IMG/VR virus record: IMGVR_UViG_3300033984_000268
Span: 24,359 to 88,358 of that record
Strand: one strand, 5' to 3'
Source of the DNA: a virus
Taxonomy: Duplodnaviria > Caudoviricetes
Length of the DNA: 64,000 bases
Made by a program: the position numbers and the translations under genes. Shown here piece after piece: positions 58,763-64,000 of this stretch; the first letter of the stretch is position 1; each line of letters starts with the position of its first letter. The notes beneath the pieces are model-generated. The model had not been told where the DNA came from, ran no database searches, and worked only from the letters and a program-made list of their open reading frames with translations.

Positions 58763-59114
58763 AATGAAATACTTTAAGGTTTAACAATATGTTCCCAGTT
58801 GTAAGTATGTTCAACTCTTCAGTTAATGAAACAAGTTTGTTACCAAGTCCACTACGTTTAACTAATTTTTCTTTAACGCACTTGGTAATAAAATTTCTGG
58901 TAGTTTGCATATTACCAAAAATGTCTTCTGTAACAACTTGTTCGCAAAAATCAGACATATTTATTTCACCATACAAACCAAGTAAAGCCAGACAATCTTG
59001 TTGTGCTGGACTTAACCTAATTTTATTTACGAAACAATATTCATTAATCTGAAATCGAATGATGTCATACAATGATAAAGGGATTTGTCTATTTATAACA
59101 AGTGCCTTTGCCAT
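58743..59114 (-). CDS. Winged-helix (RepL-like) DNA-binding protein
   Basis: LSPAQQDCLALL...QTTRNFITKCVKEKLVKR HTH-like segment; synteny with crAss-like genomes. Confidence 0.45.
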   Translation of the reverse strand: MAKALVINRQIPLSLYDIIRFQINEYCFVNKIRLSPAQQDCLALLGLYGEINMSDFCEQVVTEDIFGNMQTTRNFITKCVKEKLVKRSGLGNKLVSLTEELNILTTGNILLNLKVFHFETNKG

Positions 59115-59116
59115 AA

Positions 59117-59377
59117 CTATTCAGCTTTTTTTTCTGGTTCATCACTATCTGCATTGGCTTCATTTTCTTGAAGTTGCATGTTGATTTGCATAAACTCAAT
59201 ACGAGATTTGAATCCATCTAAACGCGCTATTTCAATGCGAGATTTACATTCTTCATACTCTGTTTGCAAACGCAATAAAGGAAGTTGATCTTCGAAAAAA
59301 GCAATCTGTTTTGCTTTTAATTCAGCAATTTGCTCTGGTGTGTAACTTGCTTCTTTTTGGTTGGAATTTTCTGACAT
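59117..59377 (-). CDS. Hypothetical coiled-coil protein
   Basis: ORF track; preceded by a TAnnTTTG element. Confidence 0.6.
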   Translation of the reverse strand: MSENSNQKEASYTPEQIAELKAKQIAFFEDQLPLLRLQTEYEECKSRIEIARLDGFKSRIEFMQINMQLQENEANADSDEPEKKAE

Positions 59378-59398
59378 AATATTTATTATTTATTGTCA

Positions 59399-59406
59399 CA
59401 AATATA
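59399..59406 (-). promoter_or_regulatory. Bacteroidota sigma-A-type -7 element (TATATTTG)
   Basis: Matches TAnnTTTG; intergenic, downstream of a terminator, ahead of the packaging operon. Confidence 0.5.
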
Positions 59407-59440
59407 ACACTAAATAGATAACTAAAAAATGTTTAACCAT

Positions 59441-59466
59441 AAAAAAAGCTTCTGGTGAAAGAAGCT
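59441..59466 (-). terminator. Intrinsic terminator after the lysis cassette
   Basis: AGCTTCT-TTCACC-AGAAGCT-TTTTTT. Confidence 0.7.
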
Positions 59467-59495
59467 GTCTTTTTTAACTATGTCATTAAGAGATG

Positions 59496-59789
59496 TTATT
59501 TCAATCTACCGTTGTTTCCTTTACCGTTTCTAGCTCTATTTTTGTTTGCTGGTTCACTAACTAATTTTCCAGATTTGGTATGTGATTTATCTTTACCATC
59601 TCCGTTACCATAAGTACCATCTTTACGATTAGCCTTATTTAAAGTTTCTCTATACTTGACGCGAGAAGGTTTCGAATGATACTCTTTGTTATATTCATTC
59701 TTCTTTTTTCTAGCTTCTGGATGAGAAGCAAAATATTTTGCCGATTCACTTTTTCCTGTAGATTTACCGGCTAGACTATTGCGTGCCAT
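59496..59789 (-). CDS. Small basic protein, possibly a degenerate HNH-like fold
   Basis: K/R-rich; DGKDKSH...NKNRARN resembles the minimal DxxH...NR motif of phage HNH-like proteins. Confidence 0.45.
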   Translation of the reverse strand: MARNSLAGKSTGKSESAKYFASHPEARKKKNEYNKEYHSKPSRVKYRETLNKANRKDGTYGNGDGKDKSHTKSGKLVSEPANKNRARNGKGNNGRLK

Positions 59790-59790
59790 G

Positions 59791-60381
59791 TTACCATTCT
59801 TTTAGTAATACATAAGTAATTCTGCGTTGATTTTTAATCATATTGATTAATTGCATGTGTTTTTGTTTGTCATTTACAACCTGACAACCAGCAGACCAAT
59901 TACCAATGTTTTCTTGAAGTCCTTTGAAATCTGTATCATACGTTGCTGCATGGAAATTAATTCCATACAAACCTTTAATTGGAGCACCAAGTTCTTCTGA
60001 TTTACCATCTCTGTCACCATCTCTATGTACCAAGATGTTTCCTACTTGTTTTAAAGCTGGCATTTTACCTTGATGTAAACCATAAGCCCAAAGATCATAA
60101 TAAATTTCATCAGACTTTACTACAGCAGCTCCTACTTTATTGTATTTCAAAAAACCGTCCTTTAGTATAGGAGCACCTGGGTTAGTTGTTCCAGTAGTCA
60201 TTGTAATAAATTCACTATCTCTAAATAAATAAAATTTATCATCGTATTTATTTGTTTCATCTTCAAGACTACGAACACCTACTAACCAGTATCCTGCAGG
60301 AAGAGTTTTAAATGATGCTAATCCTTTTACTCGTTCCAATATTTCCGTATTGGTTAACGACCTTACGTTTGATTTACTCAT
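59791..60381 (-). CDS. Putative endolysin with L,D-transpeptidase (YkuD)-like catalytic motif
   Basis: GINFH...WSAGCQV (H-x(n)-S-x-G-C); adjacent to two membrane-protein genes. Confidence 0.6.
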   Translation of the reverse strand: MSKSNVRSLTNTEILERVKGLASFKTLPAGYWLVGVRSLEDETNKYDDKFYLFRDSEFITMTTGTTNPGAPILKDGFLKYNKVGAAVVKSDEIYYDLWAYGLHQGKMPALKQVGNILVHRDGDRDGKSEELGAPIKGLYGINFHAATYDTDFKGLQENIGNWSAGCQVVNDKQKHMQLINMIKNQRRITYVLLKEW

Positions 60382-60698
60382 TATGGTCTATTAGCTCTTA
60401 ATTGTACATTTACGAGTTGCCCTACAGTATCTGAAAGCTCGCCTATTTTACTAGCCATATTTTTAATTTCTTGTTGTGTAGTTTCAGTTACTAATTGGTA
60501 CTTCAATCTTCCCTCTTGTTCAACTAATTCTATCTTACCTTTTAACTTTCCAAGCTCTTCTGACATTTTAGAATAATTATGCGCTTGTTCTGTTATTGAA
60601 GATTTTACATCTCCATGCAAGGTTCTTAAAAAATATCCAATTATACCAAAGATAATTAGTAAAAGAGGAATGGATACAGCTATTATATTATTGAACAT
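60381..60698 (-). CDS. Membrane-anchored coiled-coil protein (holin/lysis-associated)
   Basis: N-terminal hydrophobic helix IIAVSIPLLLIIFGIIGYFL; TAATG coupling to the endolysin candidate. Confidence 0.5.
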   Translation of the reverse strand: MFNNIIAVSIPLLLIIFGIIGYFLRTLHGDVKSSITEQAHNYSKMSEELGKLKGKIELVEQEGRLKYQLVTETTQQEIKNMASKIGELSDTVGQLVNVQLRANRP

Positions 60699-60703
60699 GT
60701 CTA

Positions 60704-60925
60704 TTATTTTTCCAAGTTATCACTATTTTCTACTGTTAGTTGTGATAAAACTCCTATAACCGAACCAGCTGTTATTAAATAAGCACCTGCAGCGGCTAAT
60801 CCAATTGGTGGAGCTACCATTATCAAACCTAACCCTCCTACAAATATACCAATTTTTTGTACACTTTTCCAAAATTTTGGAGTAGGTTCCGACCATCTTT
60901 TTTTAATTTCTCTAGTTGTTTTCAT
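60704..60925 (-). CDS. Putative holin
   Basis: 73 aa, basic N-terminus (RW..PTPKFW), two hydrophobic segments. Confidence 0.6.
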   Translation of the reverse strand: MKTTREIKKRWSEPTPKFWKSVQKIGIFVGGLGLIMVAPPIGLAAAGAYLITAGSVIGVLSQLTVENSDNLEK

Positions 60926-60949
60926 ATTATTTATTTTTAAAATTTATTA

Positions 60950-61324
60950 CTAAGGTTGGTAGTTTTGTAAAATATAATCTGAAATTGTTGTTTCGATTTT
61001 ACCATACAATTCTTCACCAATTGAAATAGGATTAATTTCTTGAAGTTTTCTTAATGCTGTTTTCCATTGACCTAATGTAATTTCAGTTCTAACTGGAACT
61101 AGCAATTCTTCAATTTGTTCAAACTCAACACTTGTAACAATACCATTTAATTTTTTTAATCTTAAATCTGCAGCAAAAGCCAAAAATGTTTTTTCTCCAT
61201 CAATTTTTCGACTAAGATATTTTTCAGTTTCAAATCTAATAATATCTAAATCTGTATATTGAATTTGATCACTACTAATTAGTTGACCATCTTGATATAC
61301 TTCTATGTTTTCTGTTTGAGTCAT
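60950..61324 (-). CDS. Hypothetical protein downstream of a fibre gene
   Basis: ORF track; position typical of fibre chaperones, function not supported by a motif. Confidence 0.5.
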   Translation of the reverse strand: MTQTENIEVYQDGQLISSDQIQYTDLDIIRFETEKYLSRKIDGEKTFLAFAADLRLKKLNGIVTSVEFEQIEELLVPVRTEITLGQWKTALRKLQEINPISIGEELYGKIETTISDYILQNYQP

Positions 61325-61334
61325 ATCTTTAGTT

Positions 61335-62783
61335 TTATCTAAGTCCTATTAATAATTGGTTAACTGTATAACCAGCTACAGTTGCACTTTGTGTAAAACC
61401 TACACCACCTGTTGCTGGTAAACTTGCAGGCAATCCTGTTGGCGCAGTATATAGAGTAGTTGCTATAAACATACCTAATTTAACAAGAGCTGTTGAAGAT
61501 GTCATACCAATCCAAGATGAAAGAACATCACTTGTAGAATAAATATTTAATGAAGTAGAGTTAGTAGAATAACTTCTAAAAGCAATAAAATAAATATTAT
61601 CTACTGTTGATCCTAATGTATAAGGAGTAGCCAATACAGCTTCTTTAATACCAGTTGATAATACAGAAACTTTACCAAACTGAACTTCTAATGTACCAGG
61701 TATTAACTCTCCATTTGCATTTGTTGTTGAATTATAAATACCAATTTCTATTTCTGCTGTACCAAGTCCTCCTGAACCTGCGGAATTTACTCTAAATGCT
61801 GCTGCTCTTACAGGCGAACCTTCTTTAAGTGATATAGGATAATAATGAGTTGATTCACCAGCAAATGTAGTAGAAGAAACTACTGTACTACCTACAGCAG
61901 AAGCTGAACGATAAGTATTTATACCTGTAGCCATTTTAAAAGGCAAACTTCTTGTTGTACCTAAAATAGAACCAGATTTTTCTCCACTTCCTCCAGTTAT
62001 TGTTTTATTTTTCCATAGACCGCTAGCTAAATCAAAAGCTAATACTTGATCATTTGTAGGATTTACTATAAGAATATCGTGTAATTCATCAATTTCAAAT
62101 CCATTTTGAACTCTAACAAATATTTCACCATTGTTTGTATTTGCTCTTGTTACAATACCAATGAATACCATGTGATTTGGTGCTACTGGTTTATTTGCTA
62201 AACCAAATAATAAATTTCCATCATCACCTAACCAAACAGGATCTCCTGCATTTGCACCATTTGTATTTAATCCTGCTTGCAATCCTTCTGTAATAACTTC
62301 GCCTATGTAGTTTAATGCACCTGTAGATGTAACTAATCCCATTGTTTTAGAAGAAGTACCTTCAGTAGAATAATCAGCTTTAGATACAATCATGTTTGTA
62401 CCATCAGCACTACTTACATATACTGCTTGTCCAATGGTTAAAGCAACTCCGTATTTTACAATGTGTTTAACATTTGCTGTAGGAAGTGCTGTAGGTTTAT
62501 TTAAGATTTGAGCATCACCTGAAGTAGCATTCCAATCTGGGTTTACATTTACTTCTGCACCTGCTGCAATGCCTGCCAACTTAGTTTTTTCTGTAGCCGA
62601 CATCAACCCTGCATTTGTAGCATCTGCTAATAAAATAGTAGCATCAGTTCCTGAATCAGAAACAACTATACCATTGTTCACTCCTGGAACAAAGGATAGA
62701 TTGGCAGAACCACCACCACCACCACCTGTCGATGCTTCGTAGTAATCTAGTTCACCAGTGTCTGGGTTAATTTTCCAAGCCAT
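61335..62783 (-). CDS. Fibre / structural protein (482 aa)
   Basis: AGLMSATEKTKLAGIAAGAEVNV..DWNATSGDAQILNKP fibre repeat; GQAVYVS...GDPVWL capsid-cement-like module; ELHD....PT.DQVL.FD..SGLWKN repeat. Confidence 0.7.
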   Translation of the reverse strand: MAWKINPDTGELDYYEASTGGGGGGSANLSFVPGVNNGIVVSDSGTDATILLADATNAGLMSATEKTKLAGIAAGAEVNVNPDWNATSGDAQILNKPTALPTANVKHIVKYGVALTIGQAVYVSSADGTNMIVSKADYSTEGTSSKTMGLVTSTGALNYIGEVITEGLQAGLNTNGANAGDPVWLGDDGNLLFGLANKPVAPNHMVFIGIVTRANTNNGEIFVRVQNGFEIDELHDILIVNPTNDQVLAFDLASGLWKNKTITGGSGEKSGSILGTTRSLPFKMATGINTYRSASAVGSTVVSSTTFAGESTHYYPISLKEGSPVRAAAFRVNSAGSGGLGTAEIEIGIYNSTTNANGELIPGTLEVQFGKVSVLSTGIKEAVLATPYTLGSTVDNIYFIAFRSYSTNSTSLNIYSTSDVLSSWIGMTSSTALVKLGMFIATTLYTAPTGLPASLPATGGVGFTQSATVAGYTVNQLLIGLR

Positions 62784-62785
62784 AA

Positions 62786-63031
62786 TTAAGAAAGTATTAT
62801 TGATGTAATACGAGAACCTTCAACTGCAGGGTTTTCATAACTGATAGTTTGTGTTACAACTTCAATTCCTTTTGGTGTTGAACCTGTATGTACTATAATA
62901 GTAATGTTACTTGTTGCTCCGCTGTACGTAAATTCTTTTTTATAATCTAAAGCATTTTTAATGCGTCCTAGTTTTGATGAACCACCGTTAATCAACTGAA
63001 CCATTCTATTTTGATAATCTTCGTTTGTCAT
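62786..63031 (-). CDS. Hypothetical protein (81 aa)
   Basis: Start re-assigned to ATG 63031 (MTNEDYQ); the track's longer N-terminus runs through promoter motifs. Confidence 0.55.
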   Translation of the reverse strand: MTNEDYQNRMVQLINGGSSKLGRIKNALDYKKEFTYSGATSNITIIVHTGSTPKGIEVVTQTISYENPAVEGSRITSIILS

Positions 63032-63054
63032 AATGTAATGTTTACATGTTATTA

Positions 63055-63092
63055 TAATATACAAAAAAATAATTGCTTCGGCAACAAATTTA
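63055..63092 (-). promoter_or_regulatory. Promoter region with GTATATTA (63055-63062) and TAAATTTG (63085-63092)
   Basis: Both recurrent motifs lie between a terminator and the ATG at 63031. Confidence 0.5.
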
Positions 63093-63095
63093 AAC

Positions 63096-63126
63096 AAAAA
63101 ATCCCTTACAATTTAATGCAAGGGAT
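63096..63126 (-). terminator. Intrinsic terminator after the GroES-like gene
   Basis: ATCCCTTGCA-TTAAAT-TGTAAGGGAT-TTTTT. Confidence 0.75.
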
Positions 63127-63144
63127 CTTCTATAGGAATAAGTC

Positions 63145-63426
63145 TTAATGTTTTCCAATACAATGTGATTCTTGAACCACAAAATAAACCTTATCGTTCA
63201 GTTCAAACTGATCTGCATACGATAATTGTTTTGGTGTAATTAACACATGATCGCCTGGTTTGCAGAATGTAACCTCTGGTCCAACTGAATCTACCTTTAA
63301 TTTATTCCAAGACTTTCTAAATTCAGCTTCTTTAGCTGCTTGTGCATCTGCTAATAATTCAATAGCTCCAGCTTTTTTTTCTAATGTAGGCATCTCAATG
63401 ATTACCAATTTCCCTGCGTATTCCAT
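63145..63426 (-). CDS. groES: Co-chaperonin GroES-like protein
   Basis: 93 aa; VIIE...KKAGAIEL mobile loop, VDSVGPEV...KPGDHVL, YFVVQESHCIG. Confidence 0.7.
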   Translation of the reverse strand: MEYAGKLVIIEMPTLEKKAGAIELLADAQAAKEAEFRKSWNKLKVDSVGPEVTFCKPGDHVLITPKQLSYADQFELNDKVYFVVQESHCIGKH

Positions 63427-63432
63427 CTTATT

Positions 63433-63999
63433 TTATTTTGTGGTTAATTCTTTTAACCTTGTTAATACATCTTTTCCGGTGTGTCCATCAAAAGGATACA
63501 ACGCTTTTTCCACTGTCGGTATTTTAAACAAAGGCCAATCCTCAATTGGATAATGGTTTGTTATTTGACCTGTAGGAAGAATTGCCACTACGACAAACCA
63601 CTTCCCATCAAAGCATGGTTCGCCATCATGGTGTTTCAAAGACTTATGTACATTGTACTTTGGTCTTAATGGATTCATTCCGTTTCTATCAAATTCACCT
63701 GGAACCGACTCTTGTTGTTTAGCCCACTCGTTGAATAATGCAGCATTGTACATTTTTCTGAACTCGTACAACTCATTGAACGTATGATAACCATCAGATA
63801 CATCACCAAGATCACCTGCAACATTGTACGTCTTTTCAAAGATGTCTGGCTTGCATGGGTAAAACTCACCATTAATTCCCTGGATAATGTAATCACCTTT
63901 TGATGCTCTCATTGTTCCCTCTAACGTGGAAATAAAAAGACCATCTCCTTTGAACTCACCTTTATCATTTCCATCAAAGAACTCTTCGATCTCAACTTT
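63433..63999 (-). CDS. Two-domain phage protein (TLEG.M....[17 protein letters not shown] module plus SDGYHTF.ELY...FDGH module); 5' end outside the window
   Basis: Frame stays open upstream of 63912 to the window edge ([10 protein letters not shown]...[15 protein letters not shown]). Confidence 0.65.
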   Translation of the reverse strand, partial: KVEIEEFFDGNDKGEFKGDGLFISTLEGTMRASKGDYIIQGINGEFYPCKPDIFEKTYNVAGDLGDVSDGYHTFNELYEFRKMYNAALFNEWAKQQESVPGEFDRNGMNPLRPKYNVHKSLKHHDGEPCFDGKWFVVVAILPTGQITNHYPIEDWPLFKIPTVEKALYPFDGHTGKDVLTRLKELTTK

Positions 64000-64000
64000 G

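Noticed and set aside
59496-59789. Active HNH homing endonuclease or intron
   Set aside because: Motif is incomplete, and the gene does not interrupt another gene.
63073-63084. TTGC-CGAA-GCAA hairpin as an N4-type vRNAP hairpin promoter
   Set aside because: Only a 4-bp stem, single occurrence, and in a late region; insufficient support.
63032-63097. Hydrophobic N-terminus (possible signal or TM segment) of the 103-aa ORF
   Set aside because: It is translated AT-rich promoter DNA from a TTG start; ATG 63031 is preferred.
188-63669. Numerous plus-strand ORFs and short nested minus-strand ORFs in the track
   Set aside because: They lie antisense to or out of frame within long motif-bearing genes and have shadow-ORF composition with no independent signals.
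1-64000. Stop-codon reassignment (TAG to Gln or TGA to Trp), as in some crAss-like phages
   Set aside because: Very long ORFs are open in code 11, and TAG (e.g. 42003, 53963, 59117) and TGA (45917, 57828, 58111) end genes right at the next gene's start. No suppressor tRNA seen.

Overview
AT-rich, gene-dense window from a crAss-like (Crassvirales-type) bacteriophage, probably infecting a Bacteroidota host (A/T-rich leaders without Shine-Dalgarno sites, TAnnTTTG promoters). All credible genes are on the minus strand and use the standard code. In transcription order (right to left) the window holds: a GroES-like co-chaperonin; a fibre gene; a lysis cassette (two membrane proteins and a YkuD-like endolysin candidate); wHTH, HU-like and Zn-finger genes; a PD-(D/E)XK nuclease; TerL, portal, scaffold-like protein and major capsid protein; a cluster of small Lys-rich proteins, three of them missing from the ORF track; ring and auxiliary-capsid-like proteins; a Cys-rich hub/fibre block with collagen-like fibres; ring and muzzle-like tail proteins; and large internal cargo proteins. 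The window ends in a >2866-aa virion RNA polymerase (DYDID motif, zincin HExxH domain) that runs off the left edge and is absent from the ORF track. The most unusual signals are a 3'-UTR element complementary to several gene leaders, terminal cysteines that could link consecutive giant proteins, repeated xxGG motifs in cargo proteins, the basic micro-protein cluster, and a recurrent GTATATTA promoter-like motif. Product names come from motif recognition and synteny with known crAss-like phages; no database search was run.
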